Part shown: piece after piece, positions 46,894 through 55,988 of the stretch
How the letters are laid out: every line of letters starts with the position of its first letter
Numbering within the stretch: the stretch's first letter is position 1
Assembly: GCA_965277805.1 (NCBI GenBank)
Contig: OZ255842.1
Coordinates: forward strand, 4,736,001-4,800,000
Length of the DNA: 64,000 bases
Origin: Candidatus Lustribacter sp.
Lineage (GTDB): Bacteria > Vulcanimicrobiota > Vulcanimicrobiia > Vulcanimicrobiales > Vulcanimicrobiaceae
Direction: 5' to 3'
The notes under the pieces: generated by a model
Told to the model about the DNA's origin: nothing
Database searches by the model: none
The model's input: the letters and a program-made list of their open reading frames with translations, nothing else
Translations under genes and position numbers: made by a program

Positions 46894-47214
46894 ATGAGCG
46901 TAGTTTTTCACGAGGCCGCCAAGGTCTCCGACGTGGCGCAGGATTCGGCGGTTCATCTCAAGGTCGCCGATCGCGAGATTGCGCTGATCAACTTGGCGGG
47001 TACGCTCTACGCGATCGGCGGAATCTGTACGCACGGTGCGGCGCGTCTGGCCGACGGTTACATCGAGGGCGAGCTGATCGAGTGTCCGCAGCACGCCGGA
47101 ACGTTTGAGATCAAGACGGGCAAAGCGGTCGATTACCCGTGCACGGTCAACGTGAAAAAGTACGACGTGCGCATCGACGGCGAAACCGTGATGATCGGAT
47201 GGGAGCCGCTGTAA
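46894..47214 (+). CDS. Rieske ferredoxin of ring-hydroxylating dioxygenase type
   Basis: CTH...L.DG....IECPQH...F.I.TG. Confidence 0.92.
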   Translation: MSVVFHEAAKVSDVAQDSAVHLKVADREIALINLAGTLYAIGGICTHGAARLADGYIEGELIECPQHAGTFEIKTGKAVDYPCTVNVKKYDVRIDGETVMIGWEPL

Positions 47215-47217
47215 ACC

Positions 47218-47490
47218 ATGTGCCGCAACATTCGCACCCTGTTCAACTTCGAGCCGCCCGCGACCGACGATGAGGTGCGCGCGGCGTCGCTGCAGTTCGT
47301 GCGCAAGATCTCCGGCTTCACGAAGCCGTCAGCGGTCAACGAAGCCGCGTTCAATACGGCCGTGGACGAGGTGACGGCTGTCGCGCGCGAATTGCTCGGC
47401 AAGCTGGTCACGACCGCTGCGCCGCACGATCGCGACGTATGGATCGCGAAGGCCAAGGCGCGCGCGGCGGAGCGCTACGCCAAGACCTGA
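47218..47490 (+). CDS. DUF2277 family protein
   Basis: MCRNIRTLFNFEPPAT..EVRAASLQFVRKISG. Confidence 0.9.
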   Translation: MCRNIRTLFNFEPPATDDEVRAASLQFVRKISGFTKPSAVNEAAFNTAVDEVTAVARELLGKLVTTAAPHDRDVWIAKAKARAAERYAKT

Positions 47491-48515
47491 GTTTCGCGCG
47501 CCAGTAGCTTCTCGAGCACGCGCCGCATGTGTACGCGCGCGCCGTCGGCCACGATGTTGACGAGCCCGTCTTCGCCGAGTTCTTTCAAGCGCATTTGCTG
47601 TTGCTGCACGATGTATTGATCTTCGCGAAAGGCGGCTGAGACCTCGTCGAAGATCTTTTGCGTCGAGGCCGGGTCGTGCGGCGCGAAGCCGTTGAGCGTC
47701 GACCAGAAATAGTGACACGTCGTTTCGGTTTCGGGCGTGAGACCGTGGAAGATGCGCATCGAGAAGCCGCCGTCGCGTTTGCCCTGATCGTAGGCGCCGG
47801 TACCGGCGTTGGTTGCGCCGACCCATTGCAGCACGACGGCCGGTGCGACGAATTCGAACTCTTGCCAGCGGTCGATACGATCGGCCAGCGTGGGCACGGC
47901 CTTCTTGTACGTCGGCGGTGCGGGCGAATTGAGCATCCAGCGCGTGAACTTCAGGCCCGTTTCGGTAGGCTGCGTATCCATGATCGCGTCGACGTGCGAT
48001 TGCGGGTAGCCGCCGATCGTTCCGACGTGCACGTAGCCCAAGTGCGTGAGGTCCATCAGGTTGTCGACCATCAGGCTCGCGCTGCCCTCGATCGGGTACA
48101 TCGTGTGCTTGTGCGGCCAGTGTGCCGTATCGTTGTGAAACGGATAGCCGACGATCGTGCTCGGATCGGCCGCGGCCGGATCGCCGAGCCAGACCCACAG
48201 CAGCGCGTCCTTTTCCACCAGCGGAAAGCTCTTCACGCGGGCCTTCGCCGGTATGTGGACTTGCCCCGGAATGTGCACGCACGCGCCGTCGCCCGCATAC
48301 ACCATGCCGTGGTAGCCGCACTCGAGCCCGTTCGAGACGACCTTGCCGCAGCTCAGCGGCGCGCCGCGGTGACAGCACATGTCGAGCAGCGCTGCAGCTT
48401 TGCCCGCTTCGTCGCGGAACAGCACGACGGGTTCGTCGAGAATCCGCCGTGCTACCGGCTTATCGGTGACTTCATCGGCCCAGGCCGCAACGTACCACGC
48501 GTTCCTGATGAACAT
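47475..48515 (-). CDS. Rieske oxygenase, VanA (O-demethylase)-like
   Basis: NAWYVAAW, CCHR...CGYHG, DNLMDLTH..YVH, TPET...HYFW, ED. Confidence 0.9.
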   Translation of the reverse strand: MFIRNAWYVAAWADEVTDKPVARRILDEPVVLFRDEAGKAAALLDMCCHRGAPLSCGKVVSNGLECGYHGMVYAGDGACVHIPGQVHIPAKARVKSFPLVEKDALLWVWLGDPAAADPSTIVGYPFHNDTAHWPHKHTMYPIEGSASLMVDNLMDLTHLGYVHVGTIGGYPQSHVDAIMDTQPTETGLKFTRWMLNSPAPPTYKKAVPTLADRIDRWQEFEFVAPAVVLQWVGATNAGTGAYDQGKRDGGFSMRIFHGLTPETETTCHYFWSTLNGFAPHDPASTQKIFDEVSAAFREDQYIVQQQQMRLKELGEDGLVNIVADGARVHMRRVLEKLLARETQVLA

Positions 48516-48536
48516 TAGACCCCTCCGCAGGAAGAG

Positions 48537-49145
48537 TTACCGGACGGATGGCGCTCGCAGATACCGCTCGATCGTTTCGTCGTTGAGCTCGACGCCGGGG
48601 TCAAACTCGGGCGCCGTTTCGATCTGTTCGAGATCGTTCAGACCGCAGTACTTGTAAATGCGATTGGTCGCGCTCACGAGCCGCGCCGGCTGCGCCGGAT
48701 CGGCATTGAAGTGCTGGCTGATCGTGTTGGGCGGGATGTAGATCATGTCGCCGGCTTCCCACTCGAAGCGCTTCTCTTCATCTTGCGGCGTCCAGTGGTA
48801 CGTGTCGGTGATCTCGACGTCGCAGTCGGTGTGCACGTCGTAGCCGCGGCCTTCGAGCACGTAGAGGCACTCTTCGGCGAGCTGACGGTGTTTGCCCGAG
48901 CGGCTGCCGGGCGGGATGATCTGCATGTAGATGTCGACCGTCTCGACGCGAGCGTTCATCTTGTCGTTGACGAGGTGCTTGATCAGCCCGTGGGGTGACA
49001 TCTCCCACGGCATCTCTTCGGGCGTGATGATCTTCTTGCGGGCCGCATCGCGAATGGGCCGCTCGGCCGCGTCCTTCAGCGCCTCTGCGTAAAAACTCGC
49101 TTTGCCTTTGCCGGCGCGCCAGCTCTTCGATTCTTGCCAAGCCAT
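48537..49145 (-). CDS. Cupin protein with degenerate metal site
   Basis: PPGSRSGKHRQLAEE..YVLEG.G; IPPN...QHFN. Confidence 0.8.
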   Translation of the reverse strand: MAWQESKSWRAGKGKASFYAEALKDAAERPIRDAARKKIITPEEMPWEMSPHGLIKHLVNDKMNARVETVDIYMQIIPPGSRSGKHRQLAEECLYVLEGRGYDVHTDCDVEITDTYHWTPQDEEKRFEWEAGDMIYIPPNTISQHFNADPAQPARLVSATNRIYKYCGLNDLEQIETAPEFDPGVELNDETIERYLRAPSVR

Positions 49146-49155
49146 CGTCTGCTAC

Positions 49156-49761
49156 CTAATCGCCGTGCGCGTGGGAGTGCGAGTGCGAATGGTCGTGGTC
49201 ATGGTCATGGTCATGGTCGTGATTGTAGTCGACATCGTGACGCGGCTCGAAGTCGCCCTGCGTCGGGGTCGGCTCTTTCGGTCGGTCGGTGACCTTCTTC
49301 TGAAAGAGCATGTTCATGAACATGTACATCGGCTTCGTCTTGATGACGAGCGCGCGCGCCGGTTCGTGGGCATCGGCGTTATTGTGTTCGTGCACGCAGT
49401 TGTTGTGGACGATCGCGACGTCGCCGGCTTTCCAGGTGTACTTGATGCCGTCGTGGATCTCGAAACCCTTACCGTCGAGGATGTAGAAGATCGCTTCATT
49501 CACGTGCCCGTGCATCTGCGACTTGCCGCCCGGGGCGTATTCTTCGAGATGGATGTGCAGCGTCTGTCCGAGGCCGTCTTCGGGCTCCATGTAGTGCTTG
49601 GAAAACGCTTGCGGGCCGGACGCGAATTTGACCTCGCTGCCCTTTTGGACGCGCGGCAGGCTGCGCAGGCGCGTCAACTCGTGCTTGAGGCTGTACTCGC
49701 CGCTGATCTCGCGGACGAAGACGCGCTTATGCGTCGGATCGTAGTGCGATTTGTTGCCCAT
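49156..49761 (-). CDS. Cupin protein with His/Asp-rich C-terminal tail
   Basis: HGH.NEA..YILDG.G...HEH; tail HDHDHDHDHSHSHSHAH. Confidence 0.85.
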   Translation of the reverse strand: MGNKSHYDPTHKRVFVREISGEYSLKHELTRLRSLPRVQKGSEVKFASGPQAFSKHYMEPEDGLGQTLHIHLEEYAPGGKSQMHGHVNEAIFYILDGKGFEIHDGIKYTWKAGDVAIVHNNCVHEHNNADAHEPARALVIKTKPMYMFMNMLFQKKVTDRPKEPTPTQGDFEPRHDVDYNHDHDHDHDHDHSHSHSHAHGD

Positions 49762-49838
49762 ATACGGGCATTTCCGAGGATTTCGCGGCCTACCTGCGGC
49801 TGCCGGGTGCCAAAAAACCGGCAGCCTGAGCAGCTAGC

Positions 49839-51014
49839 CTATTTCAGCGGTGCGCCGCCCGGGAGGGTGAGCGGGATGCCGGCTTCGTTGACCGGGTCCC
49901 AACGGACCATGACCAGCGCGTCGTCGCCGATCCCGCGCTGCGGGTACTTCGTGAAGTCGTAGAGACCGTTGATGCCGGTCCAGCCGTGCAGGTTGTTCAC
50001 GTAATCGCGCACCTGCGCTGGCGTGGCGTCGAGCCCGAGCTTCTGCAGGGCGCCGACCATGATGAGGATCTGATCCCAGACTTGGCCTTCGCCGCTCGGA
50101 TGCGAGCCGGCGGCGCGAAAGAGATCGTAGTAGCGGGTGAGCGCGTCTCTGGCCGGGCCCTTCGGCAATTGGTCGGGCGCGAGGAACGAGCGCAGGTTCG
50201 GGAAGATCAGTTCCTTCGGCATGATCGTTTTGTACTGGCGCAATTGGACCGCAAGGGCGTTGGCTGGGGTCGAGATGACGGGCAGGTCGAGCCCGGCATC
50301 GCGCACGCCGCGCAAGATCGTGCCGAACGGCGCGCCGGTGGCCCAGCCGATGATCACTTGGGCCCCCGATGCGCGAAACTTCGCCATCTGCGGCGCCACG
50401 TTGGTGTCGGTGGGATTGAAGTGCTCGCGTTCGACGATACCGAGTGCGTGGTTCTCCGGCGCGGCGAACACGGCGTCGATCGCGCGATCGGCGTCTTGTC
50501 CGGTCGCATCGGTCGACGTGAGCACGGCCACCTTCGTCAGTCCGCGGTCGCGCATGTAGCGGGCGGCGACGCGCAAGAACGAGCCGGCGTCAACGCCGGA
50601 CGAATAGACGTACGTACCGGCGGCGGGACGAATCCCCGGCGAAAAGCAGTACTCGAGCGGACCGTCTTTGTTCAGCGACGCCATCGCGTTGCACGTTGCC
50701 GACAGACTCGAACCGAGCACGAACGGTACTTTCTTCACGATCAGCGCGTTGAACAGTTGCACGGCGACCGACGGGTCGGACTGATCGTCGGCGACGTTGA
50801 ACTTAATCTGCCGGCCGCGCACGCCGCCCGACTTGTTGACCATCGCTTCCGCAATGTTGAGCGCGTTGATCTCGACCGTCGATACGAAGGCACCGCCGCC
50901 GGTTACGGGCAGCACCACGTCGATTACGTAGGGATCGGCGGCCAGCGCCGGCGTTAACGGCAAGAGCGCGACGAGCAGCGCGAGCGCAGCGGCGAGGACG
51001 TTCGTTTTACGCAA
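49839..51014 (-). CDS. LivJ/LivK-type ABC substrate-binding protein
   Basis: Signal peptide; LP.TG, VN..GGV.GR...DDQS.P; G..G...F; TTG 51014. Confidence 0.85.
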   Translation of the reverse strand: MRKTNVLAAALALLVALLPLTPALAADPYVIDVVLPVTGGGAFVSTVEINALNIAEAMVNKSGGVRGRQIKFNVADDQSDPSVAVQLFNALIVKKVPFVLGSSLSATCNAMASLNKDGPLEYCFSPGIRPAAGTYVYSSGVDAGSFLRVAARYMRDRGLTKVAVLTSTDATGQDADRAIDAVFAAPENHALGIVEREHFNPTDTNVAPQMAKFRASGAQVIIGWATGAPFGTILRGVRDAGLDLPVISTPANALAVQLRQYKTIMPKELIFPNLRSFLAPDQLPKGPARDALTRYYDLFRAAGSHPSGEGQVWDQILIMVGALQKLGLDATPAQVRDYVNNLHGWTGINGLYDFTKYPQRGIGDDALVMVRWDPVNEAGIPLTLPGGAPLK

Positions 51015-52008
51015 GATAGCCGGCCTCACGATAGTAGCGCTCGGCGCCGGGGTGCAGCGGAATCGGGGTGCGCGCGGCGAGGTATCCGTTGATCGGATAC
51101 GACACGGGGCTGCGTTCGGGCGGGATGTGTTTGTAGCCCAGTTCGAGCGTTTCGAAGCGTTCGACCGACGCCCACGCGAGCGCGTAGGCAACGTCGTCGG
51201 GCAGATCGGTCGTCGTCACCAGCACGAAGTGTGAGAAATCCATGAACTCCATCTCGCGGTCGATGCCGCGCAAGTAATCTTTGGGCAACGTGGCCGGCGA
51301 CCAGTCGAGATCGCGCTTGAGTTTGTCGCGCACGTCGGGCTCGATCTCCAAAAACGTGAGATCGACCTTGTCGGCCAACTCCGTCCAGTAGTACGTCATC
51401 ACGGCTTCCTGGATGATCGCGTCGGCGTTGCCGGCCAGCACTTGGCTCGTGCACGAACGCGGCTCTTCGAATTCGATGTACCGTCCGCCCCACGCTTCGA
51501 ACGCGTCGCGCGGGATGCCGGCGGCCGACATAATTTGCTGCGCCGCATAGCCGAGAAAGGTGACGCCGTCGTCGGGACCGGTCGTGATGCGCAGCTTCGG
51601 CTTCTTGTTGCGGATGTCGGCATACGAGGTGATGCCGAGATCGCTGCGCACCGCCATGATCATGCGGTCGTGCTGCGGCACGTGGCCGAGCGCGCGCAAG
51701 TGCGGGAAGCGCTCGCCTTTGGCGAGCCCCTTGCCTTCCATCGCGGCAGCGATGAAGTTCTCGGGCACCACCAGCGCGACGTCGATTTCGCCGCGCCCGA
51801 CGGCCTGAATGTTATCGAGCGCGCCGCGGCCCGTCCAAATACCCGTCTTCGAGTGCGGTCCCGCAAGTTTGTTGAACTCGAACGCCAAGCAGCCAAGCGC
51901 GCGATGCAGATTCGCCCGGCCCCAATCGCCCATCCAGTTCATCGTGATCGAGCGATCGAGTTTCGGCGCCGGTACGCGCTTAGCGGCGGGTTTGAGTTCA
52001 GTCTGCAA
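51007..52008 (-). CDS. TAXI-family solute-receptor-fold protein without signal peptide
   Basis: G..DN...V..GE.D.A, LRAL, C-terminal PIPLHPGAERYYREAG. Confidence 0.8.
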   Translation of the reverse strand: MQTELKPAAKRVPAPKLDRSITMNWMGDWGRANLHRALGCLAFEFNKLAGPHSKTGIWTGRGALDNIQAVGRGEIDVALVVPENFIAAAMEGKGLAKGERFPHLRALGHVPQHDRMIMAVRSDLGITSYADIRNKKPKLRITTGPDDGVTFLGYAAQQIMSAAGIPRDAFEAWGGRYIEFEEPRSCTSQVLAGNADAIIQEAVMTYYWTELADKVDLTFLEIEPDVRDKLKRDLDWSPATLPKDYLRGIDREMEFMDFSHFVLVTTTDLPDDVAYALAWASVERFETLELGYKHIPPERSPVSYPINGYLAARTPIPLHPGAERYYREAGYLA

Positions 52009-53254
52009 TGGCGGCCTCTTTCATGAGCGATGCTTGACGCATGATCTCGCGCGCCTGCGCGACGACGCGCGTGCGGCGGCGGTATTCTTCCCAGCCCCAG
52101 TAATCGGATGCGAAGAAAGGCGGGTTGACGTGACCGCACTTGCGGCACGTGCGGGACGCTTCATCGGCGTTGATGTGGTCGCGGGCCACCGCGCTCTGTG
52201 AAGACGTCGGCAGGCCGATGAGCGGCCGGTCGACCTCGCCTTCGAGTTCGCCCGGAAACGTGTGCGCATCGAACTCGTATTCATAGAGCAGCTCGTCGCA
52301 CGCCTCGCAAACGAAGCCCAGCGCTTCTTTTTGCGGAATCCCGACGGACTGCCGCTGCGTGATCACGGCGAGGTTCATCAGCTTCGGATTTTCCTGGCCG
52401 GCCTTCTGGCCGACGCCGTGCCGGAACGGTCCGACGCCGCAGCCGCCGGGCAATTGATAGCCGTCGCGAGTGCCGAAGCTGATGTTCACCTCGTGCACGG
52501 TGTTGGTGTGGATGAAGTAGCCCATCGGATCGGTGCTCGAGAGTTCGTGCAGCGTCGTGCACGGCACGATCGAGCCCGGCTCCGTATACGGAAAGAGCGG
52601 GGTGAGTGCGCCGGTTGCGATGCGGGCGAACAGGTACACGTTGTTCTTGAGCGGCGGGCGCATCTCGTCGGCGGGGCCGATGGCCATCCGGGTGCTGCGT
52701 GGCGCAGCGGCGCTCGCGCCCTCGCCTTTGGCGTTTAAGCGCGTCAGCTCACCGGCTTCGGTTTCGCGGATCTCTGCTGCGACGGCCGCCCAGTTGAAGC
52801 GGCTGACGTCGATGCCGCGCGCGAGACACGCGCGCTGATAGGCTTCCTGCGGTAGCTCGGCCGCGCAGTCCCACGTGACGCGGTGGAGCTCTTTGCCGGA
52901 GCGTTCGTCGAACCACGTTACGGCCTCGAGGCCGGGGAAGCGGGCTTTATAGCGGAGCTGGATCGATTCGCTTTTCGGCACGATCCGGTGCGGCGTGCCG
53001 GCCGGGACGTACACGTAGTCGCCCAGCACCAAATGAAAAAAGTTGACCGGTGAATGACGAAACTCGACGCGCGCTTCACCGGATAACTGGGCCAGCACCG
53101 TGTCCTGCTCGCAGATCAAAAAGAACGGCTGCGGCACCGCGTTGCGGCTGAGATGAACTTGCGGATCGATCCCCAGTTCGAGCATCGGGAACTCATCGTA
53201 ATTCCCGCGCGACGGGGCTTCTTTGAAGGTATCGAAACGAGCCTTGCGCTTCAT
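51998..53254 (-). CDS. Two-domain cupin protein, 3-hydroxyanthranilate dioxygenase-like
   Basis: C-half H-x5-E...H plus CEAC...RTCRKCG; N-half similar but degenerate; GGAGG RBS. Confidence 0.65.
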   Translation of the reverse strand: MKRKARFDTFKEAPSRGNYDEFPMLELGIDPQVHLSRNAVPQPFFLICEQDTVLAQLSGEARVEFRHSPVNFFHLVLGDYVYVPAGTPHRIVPKSESIQLRYKARFPGLEAVTWFDERSGKELHRVTWDCAAELPQEAYQRACLARGIDVSRFNWAAVAAEIRETEAGELTRLNAKGEGASAAAPRSTRMAIGPADEMRPPLKNNVYLFARIATGALTPLFPYTEPGSIVPCTTLHELSSTDPMGYFIHTNTVHEVNISFGTRDGYQLPGGCGVGPFRHGVGQKAGQENPKLMNLAVITQRQSVGIPQKEALGFVCEACDELLYEYEFDAHTFPGELEGEVDRPLIGLPTSSQSAVARDHINADEASRTCRKCGHVNPPFFASDYWGWEEYRRRTRVVAQAREIMRQASLMKEAAIAD

Positions 53255-53300
53255 GATTCCTCCCTTACGGCGACGAGCGGCCTTAGTCTTTGCCGCTCCG

Positions 53301-53338
53301 TTGACGGCTGACGTTACGTGATCGTAGCATACTACGAT
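53301..53338 (+). promoter_or_regulatory. Promoter with perfect inverted repeat over -10 and start codon (possibly leaderless)
   Basis: TTGACG(53301)-18 bp-TAGCAT(53325); ATCGTAG-CATA-CTACGAT (53321-53338); ATG at 53337. Confidence 0.65.
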
Positions 53339-54047
53339 GAACGACACGACCGAGACCGACGAGAGCCGGATCGCCGACCTCATCGCGGGCAACCATATCC
53401 TGGCAAACGAGGGCGTCCTCGACGGCTTCGGCCACGTCAGCGTGCGCTCGGTAACAAATCCGCGCCACTATTTCATGGCTCGCTCGCGAGCGCCGGGCCT
53501 CGTCAGCCGCGACGACGTCATGGAGTTCGACGAACACAGCGCGCCGGTCGACCAGCAGGGCCGCCGGATGTACGCCGAGCGTTTCATTCACGGCGAAGTT
53601 CTCGCCGCGCGGCCCGACGTGAACGCGGTCGTGCACAGTCACTCGCCCGAAGTACTGCCGTTCACCGTCACCAACGCGCCGTTCAAGGCGCTCATTCACA
53701 TGGCCGCGTTCTTGGGTGATACGCCCGCGCCGGTGTTCGAGATTCGCGACGTGCTCGGCGACGACAACAAGATGCTCGTAACGGAGTCGCGCACCGGCGC
53801 GGCGCTCGCAGCCGTCATGGGCAAGCGCGCGGTCGTGCTCATGCGCGGGCACGGTATGACGGTTGCCGCTGAAAGCGTCAAGCTCGTCGTCTTGCGCGCG
53901 ATCTACACGCAGCTCAACGCGCGCATCGAAGCGGCGGCGCTGCGGCTCGGCGAGCCGGTGTTCCTCAATGCGTTCGAAACCGACCGCGTCGATCCGGCCG
54001 ACCGACCGTGGGAGGCGTGGGCCGCGAACGCCGGTGAGAAGGCTTAG
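53337..54047 (+). CDS. Class II aldolase/adducin family protein
   Basis: GHVSVR, ERFIH, AVVHSHS, LMRGHG. Confidence 0.92.
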   Translation: MNDTTETDESRIADLIAGNHILANEGVLDGFGHVSVRSVTNPRHYFMARSRAPGLVSRDDVMEFDEHSAPVDQQGRRMYAERFIHGEVLAARPDVNAVVHSHSPEVLPFTVTNAPFKALIHMAAFLGDTPAPVFEIRDVLGDDNKMLVTESRTGAALAAVMGKRAVVLMRGHGMTVAAESVKLVVLRAIYTQLNARIEAAALRLGEPVFLNAFETDRVDPADRPWEAWAANAGEKA

Positions 54048-54697
54048 AACTCCGCGTCGAGTTCTTCCACCTCGTCGGGCTCCGCGTACGCAGCGGCCGT
54101 CCACTCGATCATCTCGGGCAGATTCAAGATTCGTTCTACGTACGCGCTGCACGTGGCATCGAGTTTGACGTCGTAGGTGCGAAAGCGCGTTGCGACCGGC
54201 GCGTACATCGCATCGGCAATCGTGCGTTCGCCGAAGAGGAACGGTCCGCCGTAGGCGGTCAGGCATTCATTCCAGATCGTCGTGATGCGATCGATATCGG
54301 CCTGTGCTCCCGGCCACACCTTGAAGCCCGGGTGCCGGCCCTTGAGGTTCATCGGCAGCGCCGACCGCAAATTGCTGAAACCGCCGTGCATTTCGCCGCA
54401 GATCGAGCGGCAATGGGCCGCGGCGGCGCGCTCCTTCGGCAAGAGATGTGCCCGTGGTTTGACGTCGTTGAGGTATTCTGCGATCGCGATCGTGTCCCAA
54501 ACGGCGATCGACTTGTGGGTCAAGCGCGGGACGAGAAAGGAGGGTGATAGAAGCAACAGCTCTGCGCGCATCGCCGGATCGTCACTCGGGATGATGGTTT
54601 CCTCGAACGCCAGACCGGCAAATTTGCACAGAAGCCATCCCCTCAGGGACCATGAAGAGTAGTTCTTGCTGCTGATCGTCAACGTAGCGTCCGCCAT
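54044..54697 (-). CDS. Glutathione S-transferase family protein
   Basis: NYSSWSLR.W, SP...VP.L, WD..AI.EYL, ADAMYAP; GGAGG RBS. Confidence 0.92.
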   Translation of the reverse strand: MADATLTISSKNYSSWSLRGWLLCKFAGLAFEETIIPSDDPAMRAELLLLSPSFLVPRLTHKSIAVWDTIAIAEYLNDVKPRAHLLPKERAAAAHCRSICGEMHGGFSNLRSALPMNLKGRHPGFKVWPGAQADIDRITTIWNECLTAYGGPFLFGERTIADAMYAPVATRFRTYDVKLDATCSAYVERILNLPEMIEWTAAAYAEPDEVEELDAEF

Positions 54698-54766
54698 TGG
54701 TCGCACCTCCAGAGAGCAACGCGTTCGCCTCGAACGCTTGGGCTCCCAGCGGCCCAATGGTGGACG

Positions 54767-55984
54767 ATGATGTACCAAATGTATCAAGCGCAGGCCGATG
54801 CAGCAGAGCAAGTGCGTGTGTGGGCGCGCGCGACGAGCGCATTGCTTCATAATCCGTTCGCACAAGCGTTTGCGCCGTTTGGTATGGGCTACGTCACCGC
54901 CGGCTACGAAATGCTCGCCCGCGCCGGGTTTACGCACGAACGCACGCCCTTCGGTATCGACTCGGTCAAGATCGGGACCGACGACGTTCCGGTCACCGAA
55001 GAAATCGCCGCCGCCACGCCGTTTGCGACGTTGCTCCACTTCAAGAAGGCCTCCGCGGCTCATCTGCCGCGCGTGCTGCTCGTCGCGCCGATGTCGGGCC
55101 ACTTTGCAACCCTGCTGCGCGCGACCGTCAAGACGATGCTGCCCGAGCACGACGTGTATCTCACCGACTGGCACAACGCGCGCGACGTGAGCCTCGACGA
55201 CGGCCCGTTCGGGGTCGACGACTACGTCGCGCACGTGATCCAATTTCTCGAAACGATCGGCAGCGGCGCGCACGTCGTGGCCGTCTGCCAGCCGTGCGTT
55301 CCGGTCCTCGCCGCGGTTGCGGTCATGGCCGAGGCCGGAAACGAGGCGCAGCCGCGCACGATGACGCTGATGGCAGGCCCGGTCGATGCGCGCGTGAGCC
55401 CGACGCGGGTGAACGAACTCGCAATCAGCCATCCGATGGAGTGGTTCGAGCAGAATCTCATCGCGACGGTGCCGGCGAAATTTCGCGGCGCGAACCGCCG
55501 CGTTTACCCCGGCTTCATCCAGCTGCTCGCGTTCATCAGCATGAATCCCGAGCGCCACGTTGAGGCGCATTGGGATCTCTACAACGATTTTGCCACCGGC
55601 GAAGACGAAAAAGCGAAGACGATCGCAACGTTTTACGACGAGTACTTCTCAGTCGCCGATCTGCCGGCGGAATTCTATCTCGAAACGGTCAGGACCATCT
55701 TCCAAGAGTACGCGCTGGCGCGCGGCACGCTGACGTATCGTGGCCGCCTCGTCAACCCCGGGGCGATCGACCGCACCGCGCTGCTCACCGTCGAAGGCGA
55801 ACGCGACGACGTGTGCGGGATCGGTCAGACGCTCGCCGCACAGGATCTCTGCACCGGCATCCGGCCCTATCGCAAGCGTCATCATCTGCAGCCGGGCGTC
55901 GGACACTACGGCGTGTTCAGCGGCCGGCGCTGGTCGCAGAGCATCTACCCGATGCTGCGCAACCTCATCCTATCCATGGACTAG
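54767..55984 (+). CDS. phaZ: Intracellular polyhydroxyalkanoate depolymerase
   Basis: VAPMSGHFATLLR, VAVCQP, TVEGERDD, GVGHYGVFSG. Confidence 0.95.
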   Translation: MMYQMYQAQADAAEQVRVWARATSALLHNPFAQAFAPFGMGYVTAGYEMLARAGFTHERTPFGIDSVKIGTDDVPVTEEIAAATPFATLLHFKKASAAHLPRVLLVAPMSGHFATLLRATVKTMLPEHDVYLTDWHNARDVSLDDGPFGVDDYVAHVIQFLETIGSGAHVVAVCQPCVPVLAAVAVMAEAGNEAQPRTMTLMAGPVDARVSPTRVNELAISHPMEWFEQNLIATVPAKFRGANRRVYPGFIQLLAFISMNPERHVEAHWDLYNDFATGEDEKAKTIATFYDEYFSVADLPAEFYLETVRTIFQEYALARGTLTYRGRLVNPGAIDRTALLTVEGERDDVCGIGQTLAAQDLCTGIRPYRKRHHLQPGVGHYGVFSGRRWSQSIYPMLRNLILSMD

Positions 55985-55988
55985 CAGT

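Noticed and set aside
54698-55570. 508-aa GST fusion
   Set aside because: Antisense shadow of phaZ; GST starts at ATG 54697 with a GGAGG RBS.
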